From the NCBI RefSeq assembly GCF_000315625.1, contig NW_005434663.1, positions 186,001 through 250,000 on the forward strand: a stretch of DNA of 64,000 nt, read 5' to 3'. Source of the DNA: Guillardia theta CCMP2712 (lineage: Eukaryota > Protista > Cryptophyta). Below the pieces are notes generated by a model. It ran no database searches. It was not told the origin of the DNA and saw only the letters and a list, made by a program, of their open reading frames with translations. The position numbers and the translations under genes were made by a program. Shown here in pieces: positions 40,021 through 52,508 of this stretch. How positions within the stretch are numbered: position 1 is the first letter of the stretch; each line of letters opens with the position of its first letter.

Positions 40021-40132
40021 CGCAAACTTCTTGTCTCCTACCGTGCCTCTATGTTTGTCCCGTCATCCCGATCAAAGGTTTTCATTTTTAAAATGAAGTG
40101 CACCAGTTTTAATAATCTACAGCGCGACCGAT

Positions 40133-43100
40133 TCACTCGCATCGCTTGTTTCGGAACTCCACGTATCGCTTGTGCCCGTCAGCCGTCTTGAGGGTCATGA
40201 AGCGATCGAGAACGAGCTGCCAACAAGATCAGACGCTGATGGTGGTGAAGGAGGAGGAGGAGGAGTGAGAGAAGAAGAATGCTCATGAGAAGGCATAGCA
40301 TTTGCTTCAGTCGAACTTTACCTGGAGTTCGCATATGTGGTTTGAGAGGCCTAGCGCTCTCGTCCTGGGGCTCGTAAGTTTCATGTTGAGTGCCACGTCC
40401 CTGCCAGCCACGATCCGTAAGGTCGCAAAGACAAAAGAGGAGACAAGATAAGGAAGAGGAGGAGGAGCAGAAGAGGTAGAGGAGAGGACGCGAGCGAGGG
40501 AGCAAGTAGGAAGCACCTGTAGCCTGCGGACAGCTTGGAGTTGTAGAGAGGGTCAAGTCTGTTTTTGATCCTGACTACTTCAATCTCTGGGTCATCGCAG
40601 ATCCTCTCAATGCACAAGCGCAGGTCGCTGATGTCCTCGAAGATGATGCACTGACGCACGACGTCTACGAGCTTGGATACGTCCCCCAGGTAACTCCGCG
40701 AAAGCTTCTCGATGGCTCGGTCGACGCTCTTGAGCCCGGCCCACTTGATCCTCAGGTTGCTCCCGTTCCCCCACCTCATCTCGTCCCACCTCACAAAGCA
40801 GTCCATTGCGTTCACCAGCGGGAAGCAGCCCCGGCAGGCCCCCGCAAACTCCTGCACCTTCATGGTGAAGTAAGGCTCCAGCAGCGCTGCCTGCACGTAG
40901 AGCTGGTCGAGGGACGTGACGTAGCTGGACACCAGCTTGACGCGGCAGAGCAGAGGATTGGGATGCACGCCCTCGTATGTCTCGAGGAACTTACAGTGTT
41001 GGGCCTCAGAGTCGGCGAGGAGAGCAGAGGACGCAGCAAAGGCTTGCCGCACCAACTTGTTCTTCGTGTCCTGTCGCGCGACCACCTTGGCAAGCTTGTC
41101 GATCTCCATCTTGTTCTCCTCCCTCGCCCTCAGCTCCTCCCACGCTCTGTCGTACTTTTGCTTGTCCGGGGCGATCGCATGCCAGGACTTGAAGAGGACG
41201 TACTGCCGAAGGCTGATCAAGACGACCCAGAAGCCCATCATGATAGTGGCGCTAATGGGAACCCACGAGGTCGCGTGGGAGGGCGTGATGATGACAAGGT
41301 TGTAGAGGATGAGACCGCTGATGTTGAAGCCCCAGTTGAAGGGAATGAAGGAAATGAAGCGCTTGCCTTCGAACTGCACGATGTAGCCGAAGATGAGGGA
41401 GGTCAGTCCGATGACCCACCAGTAGAAGCTGTCCTGAGCATGCTCCGACCTCGCCAAGGCTCCAGCTGTGATGAGCTCCATCAACCCGGGGGCCCAGAAG
41501 CAGAAGGAGAAGGCTGCTGTCGGCGCCATCGTCTTCCCCTGCTGCGTCAGCACCGGCACGGCGAGGCAGCCGATGAAGATGGGAATGTAGACAACACAAG
41601 TGCCGAGGATGGAGAACCAGGGCGGGCGTATATCGATCACCAGCTTCTTTCCTGCCTCCACGTGCCCGACAGGGACAGCCATGCAGGCCGTGTAGTCGAT
41701 GCCCCAGCGGCAGGGAGCGGCGGAGAGGGCGAAGGTCTGGTTGCTACTAGACGAGTAGGAGATGGAGAACTCAAGTTTCGTGACCTCTGACGAGGATGCT
41801 GGCCGAGTGCTCAGAGTGTAACCGTTTGCCGTTACATCATCAGTGTAGTCGATGCGAATCGTCTTAGTGCCAAGCTGGGTGACGGTCTCAGCTGGGACCC
41901 TGCAGCCATCGCGCGTGAGCGCAAAGTCAGCAACGAGGCTGAGGGGAGGGGCCGGAGGGTCCGCGAACTCAAGCGACACCGAGCGAGCTGAGAACTTGTT
42001 GGTGCCCAGAGCCTGCTGGAGGCTTCCGTGGGGGTTGAAGAAGTAGTAGAGGAAGTAGATGCCGGCGAGCCCGATGATGCTTCTGATCCAGGGCTTGTGG
42101 ATGGAGAGAAAGACAGGATTGTCCGTGAAGAGCACGCTCGCCGTGTCAGCGTTCTTGACCGCCAGACGAAACTCCGACAGTCGCGACATAAGCAGGTCGC
42201 CGGGGAAGCAGCTCCTCTGCTGCATAATCGCCGCAAGGCGTTCCTGTGTGGTCAGCGAAGCCTCTTGTCGCTCCCTCAGGCCCTCCTGCCCGGCCACTCG
42301 CAAGTTCGCCTCGTTGCCCTGCGTCATCACCTGAACCTCTTGCAGCTCGTCGTCTCCTCTCCTCCTCCTCCTCCTCCACGGCGCTGAGACCACCCAGCCC
42401 CGCACGTGGGTCCATGCCTGCTGCAGGAGATGCAGCACTTCGGTGTAGCGCTGGAAGTGTGTGATGCGGCGGAATTGGATGTAACGCTTGTGCTGCTCGT
42501 CGTTGGTGAGGTCCAGGAAGCTCCTGAGAGCAAGCTGCAGCTCACACACGTGCCCCGTCAGGTTTCGCTGCCTCGTCTCTGCGTTTTTAATTCGCACGTT
42601 GACGCAGACATCCCGGTAACCCGCAGACAGCCAGGTGTTGTACTGCAAGTCCAGCCGGTTCTTGACCCTCACCACCTCTAGGCTCGCATCCTCCTCCAGC
42701 GCCACGAGGGCGGCGAGCAGGTCGTTGAGATTGTCGAAGGCGATTCGTTCCCTCACGATGTCAACCAGCCGACTCACGTCAGAATCGTAGGAGCGCGTCA
42801 GCTTCTCGATCGCCTTGCTCACGTACTTGAGCTCTGCCCACTGCACCCACCCGTGAACCTCCGGCAGCTCGCTCACCTCCTCCCAGAGCATGTACCCCCT
42901 TCCTCCTGCCCAGCCATGGCACAAGGCCTGCGGGGTCCCGGGCTTGCACAGGAAGTAGCCTCGGCTTCTCAGGGCCACCTGCTTCACCTGGCTGCGGAAG
43001 ATCTCTTCGATAGAAACAGCCTGCGCGTACAGCTGATCGAGACACGTGACGCGCTGGCTGGAGACGTTGAACTTGGCGATCAACGAGGAGAACATGGGGC

Positions 43101-45243
43101 TGTTTCGCTCCCAGAGGTGGAGGCGGCGCGATGACACCAACCCAGTCGGACCGTCAAGAAGATCTCTGGTGGATCGCACGCGGAAAGACGGAGCTGGCAA
43201 TTCAGTTCGAGCAGTGGGGAAGCTAAACCTGGAGGCAAGGCTCGCTGCTGCTCCTTCACTTCCCATGTTCACACCTTCCACGCACGCCATCGTCGACGTC
43301 ATCATAGTTTGCTGTCTGGGAGTCAGAGTTGAGCTGTCGCTCTTGACCATCGCCCGCGCCACCTTGTTGACCTTGTCGAGCACAAGCAACGTCTCTCCCT
43401 GCTCCAGCAACTCCCTCCACTCGCTCTCAAAGAGCTTCACGTCCCCGGATATGATCCTCCTGCCGTTCCATCGAATGCGCTCCCTAAGGACCACAAGGAA
43501 CAAGACGGTGGCGAGGATGACGATGGAGATGACAGGCCAGTCCTCTGACTTGGCGAGAGTGAAACCCGAGACTATGAGAATCATGCTAGAGCAGATGGTC
43601 TGCTCGAAGACAAGCGCCTCGCTGACGATGAGCGGCACTGGAAAGATCGTGATGCCCTGCAGGCGGGTCATAGACGGAAGACCAACAGCCACCTCGCTCT
43701 CACCACCAACGCCTCGATGAGGAGACTGACGGGGTTGCCATAGACAGAGAGCTTGTAATCGTGGCCATTTGCCATGAGGACGGCGCTCGAGCACAACGAC
43801 AACAGGTAGAGGAAGGTGAAGCCAAAGGAGATGATCTGCTGATGCGTCAGCCCGGCAGCGAGCTGGAGAAATCTCACCTTCACGGGGATGCTGTACTTCT
43901 CGAGGAACGCAACAACAGCTGCTGCCAGCATGATGAGGCCGGAGATCGCCCTGGCAACGATGTAGGCGTATTCCGGCCATAGGCAATCGAAATCGATGAA
44001 ATTGAAGGGAACCGCGACGTTTCTGGCAGCAGGTAGATGGAACTCAGGGACGTCGGAGAGGACTTGCTGCCTGGAGGAGAGTATTTCTCCTCGATGATTT
44101 CCGCACTGTTTGGAGAGCGTGATCAGTCGCCAATTAACGCCGTCGTGTGATCCCTCTAGCGCGAACTTCACGGGGTCTTGATCTACAGGCCCTTTCCCGG
44201 TGGTCAGGAACCAGCCATCAAAGGACGTCGGAGAAGGAAAGAAGAGGATTTCAGAGCTGCCGTCAGCAGCAGACGCGTTGGTATGGAGTAGAGGGCAGCC
44301 TCCTCGCATGATGCCGAAAGAAGAGATCCCAGCGCTTGTGATCGCCTTCCCCGTTGCACCGTTGCGAAGTTGTAACGCTTGAAAGCGCACGAGAGAGAAG
44401 CTTTGCATCTCCAGCTCTTGGACTTGAGACCAGGGAGCAAACAAGATCGCATTGGGCGGTCGAAGCAGGAAGAGCAGACCGACGACGAAGAGAACCATCT
44501 GCATCCATCTCAAAGTCACCGCTGATGAAAACGGGCGCCTCGAACAGAAGACCCTCCACGATTCATTCCTAAAGATGTTGTTCCTAGCAAAGATGAGCTT
44601 GTCTTGCAGACTGTTGCCATTCTTTGAAGCCACAGATGAGAGATAATCCAGCAGCTCCTTGTTCTTGGCTTCCTCTTCTGCTACCCCGACATCCTCCGGC
44701 CTCGAAGAGTCCGACAAGTCATCGTAGACCTCCTGCCATTCAATGGATCCAGTCTCAGAATTCTTCTTCTTCCTCCGGTCAAGCGTCCTCCCTGCATACA
44801 CCTCGCCGTGAAAGCATCGGGCGCCGAGGAGCTGAAGAACTTGCAGTAACCTGAAATCCTTCCGCGCGGAGTTGAAGATGTCAACTATCTTCAATCGAAA
44901 AGGGCCTTGACGTCTCCGTATGAGGCGGGATGAAAGTAGACGAGGGTAGCAATCCTCTTGGTTTTCATAGGCTACATGAAAGCTTTCGTCTGCTTCTGAC
45001 CTGTTCTCAAGCGAGATGGCAGGATCGAAGAATATCTCGAAATCATGTTGCGACAAACTTCTATTCCAACCGGTCGACTTCAGATGCTTGTGACCCATCA
45101 TTGATGGATTGTCCTTCTACAACTACAAAGGGTCATGTGCGGCTGGCACTCGCTTGACCTACCCCTTGGTTCACAACGGCAGGCCGTGTTGAAGCCCAAG
45201 GAAGTAACGTCATGGAGGCGATCCGAGACGGAACCCCTTCCAT
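40133..45243 (-). CDS. Membrane protein with two (6TM + ectodomain + RelA/SpoT-like nucleotidyltransferase) modules
   Basis: Two homologous cytosolic domains: LKYVSKAIEK..DIVR..GYRDVCVN..CELQL..HKRY and LKSVDRAIEK..DVVR..GYR|DVALN..CELQ|L..HKRY; last exon LVLDRFMTLKTADGHKRYVEFRNKRCE* ends at 40133; start approximate. Confidence 0.8.
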
Positions 45244-45921
45244 GGGATGAGAAGCTTGCTGCTTTTTGCCTCAAATCAATCGTCTGAGGATAATTCTTGC
45301 ACTATGAGCAACAAGAAATCCGATTCGATGGCAGTGAGAAGGAAGTCGACAATGCAGAGAGAGAGGAAGATGACAACGTGAGGGGGGCTGGGCGGGAGGA
45401 GGAGGGAGAAGAAGTAGAGGAAGACGAGAAGGGGAGGATGAGGAGAGGAGGATGAAGAGAGAGAAGTCGAGAGAGCAGGAGGAGTGGGGCTCGCTCAGCA
45501 CAAGGAGCAGGTCACAAGTGCCGCATTGACATGGCGACCCGGCGAGGCTGGCGATGTGGTGGGCTGACGGCCAAAGAGCGTACATGGCTAAAACATTTTA
45601 TTTCAGGTACTGCGAGATATAATGCTATATGGATATTAAATTATAAAATACGATATCGTAGTACAAATATAAATATAAATGTTAAATTACACTGTGTAAA
45701 GTAAAAAAAAAAGGCAATCTCCCTGCCACCCCAGAAAATAAAGTTGAAAGGGGGGGTGATCAAATAATGTTGGTGAAAAATAAAAATTCCTCTAGAGTTA
45801 GATTACAGATCTGATACATTGGGTGGTGTGATACAGATACGTAACGAGGGACGATATTCATTTTAGCTCCAGCAATTCTCTTCCTAATATTTGATTAGGT
45901 TACTCAGTTTATCACAGCAGT

Positions 45922-47928
45922 ATGTCTTCGCTCACTGCGCTGCTCCTGTGCTTGGCCTGGAGCTCCGCGGCTGTAGGAGGAGGGAGAGGCCGCGGAGAGA
46001 CCTGCTTCTCCTTCGCTCCTGCCACGACGAGCTTGAACTGCTTCAGAACCATGCCGCCTCTCTGCCATCCTCGGAAGCATGCACTTGAGAGCTGGGATAC
46101 GGAAACGCGCAAAGTAAGGTTGCAGCATCGCAATGGACCTGCCACGAATGTTCCAAGTCTGCGAATGGGATCCGATGGTGCACTCGAAAGAATCATCATA
46201 GACAAGGAGCGAGAAGTCATGGTGATATTTCCTGTTGCCCCAGCCGTAAAGAAAGAGTCAGTGAAGTTTCAGGTCTGTTTGCCTTTTTGTGTGGGGCCCT
46301 CGTTGTTGTGATGGTTTCTTCTGTTCTTAGATGGGCAGGAATTCAATATTTCTTTCAGTGGATGAATCGACGTGAGCGCATGAATCAAGATTGCTTTCCT
46401 GGACTAACTTGAAGTAGGCTTCTCGATGGTGACCTCTGGAACCAAGCCAACTTAGACCTGAGCTACTGGGAGTTTGACTCCTACCAGCAGCACGAGAGAG
46501 CGATCGTGCTGCATGTGGTGCCTGACCTCTATTGTGCTGTCGTCTTCATCTGACTGTGCGGCAGGCAAAGATCGGAAACATGGCCTGGCCGGTGCTGCTG
46601 GCTAAGGAGTACGACCCGAAGACCATGGTAGATCGGGTAGGATGCAAGTCCATCCTCCAGCTTCTCTCAAGCTCTTGATGTACAGAATGCAACGATGACA
46701 CCTGAGAAGAGGAAGGCGACACCGGAGGAGCTCAAGCTCATTCGAGACGCTTACTGGCACCAAGTGAACTCTGGGAAGGTGGAAGTGGTGAATCGACGAG
46801 CAGAAGCGAAGCAAGTGAGGGAGAAGTTGAGAGAGCTTATGCGTCTCCGGCTTGAGGCAGGTCTTACCTTGCTCCTCCCTGCAAGTTGACGCGTGATCAG
46901 GTCCTTAACCGAACAGCCTCCCTTATCAACCGCCTCGTTGCCACGCCAGAGCTGGGAGTCATCAAACCTGATCTGTTTGAGAAAGTTCGCTCAAACAATC
47001 CAGAGCTCCAAAAGTTGGAGGGTGAAATCGTTCGTCTCAAGGCTGAGCTATGGAAGCTGCAGCCTCCTGGCCTCTGTGTTCTCATCCCCAATGCGGTGAA
47101 CGAAGTTGGCGGAGGCTGGAGGGAGCTAGATGCGAGTGTGTTGTACCAGGTGAGCATGCAGGCCGACAAGTCTAGTCTCCTTGCTCGCTCATGCGCTGCT
47201 GATGTCAGCAAACGTTTCCTCCTATCCAAGAGTTTGTCCTTGCCGCAGACGAAGACATGCGCTTCTTCAACGACTCGGAAATGTCAAGGATTGAAACTGC
47301 CTTGGCTTCCACGGGCTCGGCTGGTTGTTGATGTGGTTGTGGCGTTGCTTGTGCTCACGTTCATGTCAGATGGGGCCAAAATCCGCAGAGTGGCAGCCAG
47401 GATCATGCGAGACTTCCAAGGAACCATTCTAGAAGGAGCGCAGGAGAGGCTGGCAGAGCTGCAGCCGGAGCTGGTGAAGGAGGGAGGGATGCTGTATCCT
47501 CCAAACAGAGCCCAAGCCTTCTGGGAGGTGAGAAAGGCGAGGAAGCGCCTGTTGAAAATGAGTCAAGCGTAGGAGCTCAAACATCTCTTGCGCCTTGCGC
47601 ACTATGCGACGGCGATAGGAACACGCGAGTACACGAGGAGCCGGGTATGTGAAATGATGTAAGCGAGAGGGGATGAGGGCTTAGGTTGCACAGGATGTGA
47701 CGGCGTTCAGAGAGATGCTGTCACAGATCGACATCCCGCGGGCTCTCGTCGTCGAGTCCCTTCAAGCCATGCAACTCCGCGCTGGCTACTTGTGCAGGTA
47801 GAGGTGCCGTCGCTCGCGTAAGACCTGAGGCATACAGCAGGTGCGCCAAGGAATCGCCAGAGAGCTGGGTGGCGTCCTTTTCCTCCTTGCAGCACTTGAT
47901 AGATGGAATGAATCATACTGTGAGCTAA
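45922..47928 (+). CDS. Plastid-targeted CS (p23/NudC-like) domain + phycobiliprotein (allophycocyanin-like) fold fusion
   Basis: Signal peptide and CFS-FAP; CS-like DKEREVMVIFPV...LLDGDLWNQANLDLSYWEFD...WPVLL; spliced exons 47209-47323, 47370-47527, 47573-47644, 47694-47797, 47841-47928 encode a complete phycobiliprotein-like sequence. Confidence 0.8.
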
Positions 47929-48222
47929 ACCGCGTCCTGTCATCTCTTCTCTACATCTCGCTAGCTTAGTGGCTCTTTCATTTCCCGCGGCTGCGCAATG
48001 AACGAGACTCTTGGGTTACTACGCTCGTCACTAGTAGAGCCCGACAGCAGGTCCGCCTCATTGTCTGGTGTGTTTGACTTTTGACTAGCCTTGTCAAGGG
48101 CTGGACTCTCACACAGTGAGAGTACAGGAGGAGGAGGAGCAAGGGGAGGAGGAGGTAGGAGCACGGGGACTAGGGAGCAGGTCTAGTAGGAGAGGCAGGA
48201 GGAGAAAAGAGCAAGTGAACGA

Positions 48223-50064
48223 ATGGCGACTGAGTCCGAGGCTGGAGGGGTCGAACATGCGCTACAAGGTCGGTAGAAGCTCTGACGGTTATGTCAGTTG
48301 CATGTGACAATCTTGATGGGAGAGACTCAAGGTTGGCTCGATGAGCAACTCAGGGCTCATGAGGATGGTGAGCAAGCGCCTGAGGTCTCAGACGACAACA
48401 GCCAGCCATCGGTCTCTAGCAGCAACGGAGGGATGGATAGGAAGGTGCTGCTTGCCGCTCGCGTTCGTCCCATGTCAGAGCGCGAGCTTGCGATCAAGGG
48501 TGAGAGGTGCGTGCGGGTGGATTGTGACAACGGTTACCTTGCGCTCATGGAGCCTGACACGCGGGAGGCGAAGGTGTTTGTGCTCGACTACGTGTACGAC
48601 TCATCTGCTCCTCCTGGTCACCCTGACGCGCAACAAGGAGCCTCCTACGCCAGCAACCGCACTGTCTTCGCAGACCTCGGGAGGGTGTGCCTGCAGAACT
48701 TCTTGGAGGGATACAAGGTGTCGGTGTTCGTGTACGGACAGGAGGGAACCGGCAGGAGACACACCATGTTAGGGCATGAGGTTGACCCCGGCCTCCTCCC
48801 GCGTCTGCTGGAGGAGATTGTCGACCAGCCCGAGGTGACGCACTGAGGGGGAGCTGAGGAAGGAGCTCATGCGAGGCCAGGTGATGGAAGGGAAGTTGAC
48901 GCTGCGGGGAAGTCTATACAAGATAGAGCAGGAGCAGGTGGTCGACCTGCTGAGCAGAGACCTCACCAAGAAGCTGCACGTGCGAAGCAACAGGGCAGGA
49001 ACAGGAAGCGACGTTGTCGGGCTGACTTGGAAGCATCTTACAACCTCCGACGAGTGCGAGGAGTTTGTCAGGCTTGTGAGCGCTACTGCCCTCCCCCTCC
49101 TCTAGCTGAGTGACTGCCCTGGCAGACCCATCGCTCCTCGGAGCTTGACAGCAACGGAGCGACCTTGCTGTGCAGCTTTGAGCTGTGCTCGCGCATCTAC
49201 CGCCCTCATCCGCATCCCAACAGGTGCGGGAGACTGCCAGGAACAAGAAGATAATATCACATGATGACGAGCAGGGCGCCAGTGGAAGATCTCAAGACCT
49301 TCAGCAAGCTTCACCTGGTAAGGCTCTCCCGCAAGTCCGGGACAGAAGAGAGCGCGATGATGAAGGCTCTGAGGGTACCTGCGCAAGCTGTAAGAGCATC
49401 GGCCATGCCATGTCGGAGGAGACTGACAAATCGCAGGTGTCGATCGACAAGTCTGTTCTTGTGAGCTTCAGCCCTGCGGGTTTCGTACTGACACAGTTGG
49501 AGTAGTCATGGAGTTCTGTCATGTCCGCCTTGGCCGAGAAGCAGCTGCTCATGGTAAACAAGCCCCCACCCTCTTCTTCCTTCACTCATGCGCCTCGCAA
49601 GTCGCAGGGACGCAAGGCGGAGAAGTCGATTTCCCACGTTCCTTTCCGCAGCTCGGTGCTCACGAGGGTGCTGGAGGACAGCATGGGGCACGAGTCTCGC
49701 ATCTTCGTCATTGCCACAGTTTCTCCCAGCAGCTCGGTGGGTCAGTCGTGATGCCCTTCCAAGAGGCTGACGCAGGCGCAGGCGTACCGAGAGAGCATGC
49801 ACACAGTAATGGAGCAGCGGGAGAGCGCGGGGAGCTGACGATGAGGCAGTTCAGGCATGTCGTGAGGTCAAAAGAAGTGAGGAGGATGAAGACAAAGGAG
49901 GAGCTCCTACAGGCTTACGCGCACATCCCTGTGTCGCTTCCCCCTTGCAAATCTCATTCGCTTGACCTCATGCCATGCAGGAATTCATTCCTTCCGCAGG
50001 AGGAGGATGGCGATGGGCGTACAGCACTCGCGTGACGGTCGACAAGGAACCATCAGAGATGTGA
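48223..50064 (+). CDS. Kinesin motor-domain protein with degenerate nucleotide-binding motifs
   Basis: ARVRPMSERE, FVLDYVY, VFVYGQEGTGRRHTM, EQVVDLL, SKLHLVRLS, HVPFRSSVLTRVLEDSMG, IATVSPS. Confidence 0.82.
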
Positions 50065-50112
50065 AGGGGCGGCAAGCAGACGCACTCGGGCGACTCGAGG
50101 GCCTGCGCCAGT

Positions 50113-50200
50113 AGAGTTGTACTCGCACAAGTCAAGAGAGTTGTACTCGCACAAGTCAAGAGAGTTGTACTCGCACAAGTCAAGAGAGTTTTACTCGCAT
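50113..50200. repeat. 24-bp tandem repeat (AGAGTTGTACTCGCACAAGTCAAG) x3 plus partial copy
   Basis: Read directly at the left edge of the retroelement nest. Confidence 0.9.
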
Positions 50201-51289
50201 AAGGTAGAAAGCGCCTCAAGCAGAAGAGAGTAGGAACAACTAAGACCTACACGCACACAACACAGCGAAAACACACAACAGGCACTTTCTACCTTCTGCG
50301 TGTAAAACTCTCAAACCTCACCAAGTGGGGAAAGGAAGCCAACCTCGACGCCCTCCATGCTGCAGTCGGAGAAGATTCGCAAACACCGCGCTGGATATGC
50401 CACTCCGAGTGCAGAGTAGGTGGAGCTGTGCTTGTTGCTGCTTTCTTCTGCTTTATGCACTTTTTACCTTCTGCGAGTAAACCTTCAACACTGGAGTTTA
50501 TGCGGCCATAAGGTAAAAAGTGCCTCAAGTAGAAGAAAGCAGGAACCTTGTGCGAGTAAAACTCAGTCCTTTGGAACAAGTAAAACCCTCATGCACCTAA
50601 CACAGCAACAAATGCAGGTTTAGCTTGTTCCTGCTTTCTTTTGCTTGAGGCACTTTTTACCTTCTCCGAGTAAACATTCTCCTCTTTAGCAAAACACAAG
50701 ACCGAAAGTAGGAAGCCACCGCTGTCACGGAGAAAGGGCAGCCCCCGACATGTACCGCTCCAAGTAATGCAAACAGTCCTCCTCATTATGATCCTCAGCG
50801 GGCGCAGCGCAGACGCTTCCCCAGCTCCCGGCACTCTTGATGCTTCCACCGTCGGAGTTTGCGACCTCCTCGGGCGACTCGACAAAGTCCGAGGAGGAGC
50901 TGTCCCTCCGTCCGCTGCCCCCGGCGGACCCCCGGGCAACGCCGGCTCCTTGTCGGCGGCTGCCCTTTCTCCGTCCGCGGCCGCCCGCTTGTGGCGGCAG
51001 CGGACGTCTCGACTGACAGTGGTCAGTCGGCTGCCTCCGGGTATCGCGTCTAAGGGATGTTATTCCTCCTGCATGCTCCTGCTGCTTGTTGCTTGATTGC
51101 TTGACCCTTCGGCTGCTTGTCTGCGTGGCTTCGCGCTTGGGCTGGCGATGCCGCGTCTGGTTGCCAGCAGTGCTGGTTCTTTTCGGGCTTGTGTTTTGTG
51201 TGTGTTTGTGCAGCTTCTCGCTGTGAGCTGTGTGCAAGCCGGTTTAGCTTGTTCCTGCTTTGTTTTGCTTGAGGCACTTTTTCCCTTCT

Positions 51290-52508
51290 GAACGAAGCTG
51301 GTCTTCAGAGCGTCATCGATACAGTCGGGGATCCTCGTTCTCGACGGCAGGTACCCTCCCATCCTCATGGCCGCAAGATGAAGGGCGATATCCACATCCC
51401 TGGAATCCGCGATCGAGGGTCCGAGCAGTACGAGGGCTTGATGGCGGACGTGACGTTGGTCCACCCTTACATTGGTAGCTCTGCCGACCTGACCAAGTGG
51501 GGGGCCATCTCGACGGACGGTACCCTGCATCCTGACACCCTCCGCTTCATCTGGTATCTCGCGGACATCATTGCTCAGCGCTCGATGCCTCTTGAGGATG
51601 CGGCGTTTGGTCGGCACTTCGTGCCTGATGACGGCCCTGCTGCTGAGGTCCTGGCTCGCAAACGCGCCGCCACCTATCAGCGCCTCACTATGCAGCTGAC
51701 GCTGGAGGCGCTCCTGTCTGGTGCGAGGCGCATGACGCCCTTGCGGGCGCAAGCACTTCTCGAGCCAGAGGACAGCTCCTCCTCGGACTTTGTCGAGTCG
51801 CCCGAGGAGGAACCTTCGCCGGAGGTCTCCGACTCCGATGGGGGAAACACTTCGAGTGGCGCCGACGATGGGCGCGGAGCTGGCGAGGCGTCTCCGTCCC
51901 TCACTGTGACGTCGGGTGCCTCCGGAGAGCTCGACACCACTGGGGTGCTTGCTGCTGGTCCGAGCTCGCCTGCTTCCTCCCCGGCATCGGTCGGGTCACG
52001 TCGGTCCTTGGGCATTGCTGCGGCGTCGCCGCCGTCACGGGCGGCTACCGCTGACTCGGAGGCTAGCGAGGAGGACTACCTCGAGCGGTACCGTGTTCCT
52101 GTGTCCAGCCTCCATCCGTCCGCTGCCCCAGGCGGACCCCCGGGCAGCGCCGGCTCCTTGTCGGCGGCTGCCCTTTCTCCGTCCGCGGCCGCCCGCTTTG
52201 TGGCGGGAGCGGACGTCTCGACTGACAGTGGTCAGTCGGCTGCCTCCGGGTATCGCGTCTAAGGGATGTTATTCCTCCTGCATGCTCCTGCTGCTTGTTG
52301 CTTGATTGCTTGACCCTTAGGCTGCTTGTCTGCGTGGCTTCGCGCTTGGGCTGGCGATGCCGCGTCTGGGTGCCAGCAGTGCTGGTTCTTTTCGGGCTTG
52401 TGTTTTGTGTGTGTTTGTGCAGCTTCTCGCTGTGAGCTGTGTGCAAGCAGGTTTAGCTTGTTCCTGCTTTGTTTTGCTTGAGGCACTTTTTACCTTCTGC
52501 CAGTAAAT
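51290..52508 (+). pseudogene. Longest retroelement fragment (RLE ORF with internal deletion + 3' UTR)
   Basis: ORF 51378-52262 lacks the KVNLDAL...FIPL segment that is present in the copy at ~54530-54630 (-). Confidence 0.65.

Noticed and set aside
50113-50200. Possible CRISPR-like repeats
   Set aside because: Contiguous 24-bp tandem duplication related to the retroelement terminus.
52478-52508. U5 snRNA loop or Sm-site in the repeated GGCACTTTTTACC motif
   Set aside because: Does not match GCCTTTTAC or a canonical Sm site and has no snRNA stem context.
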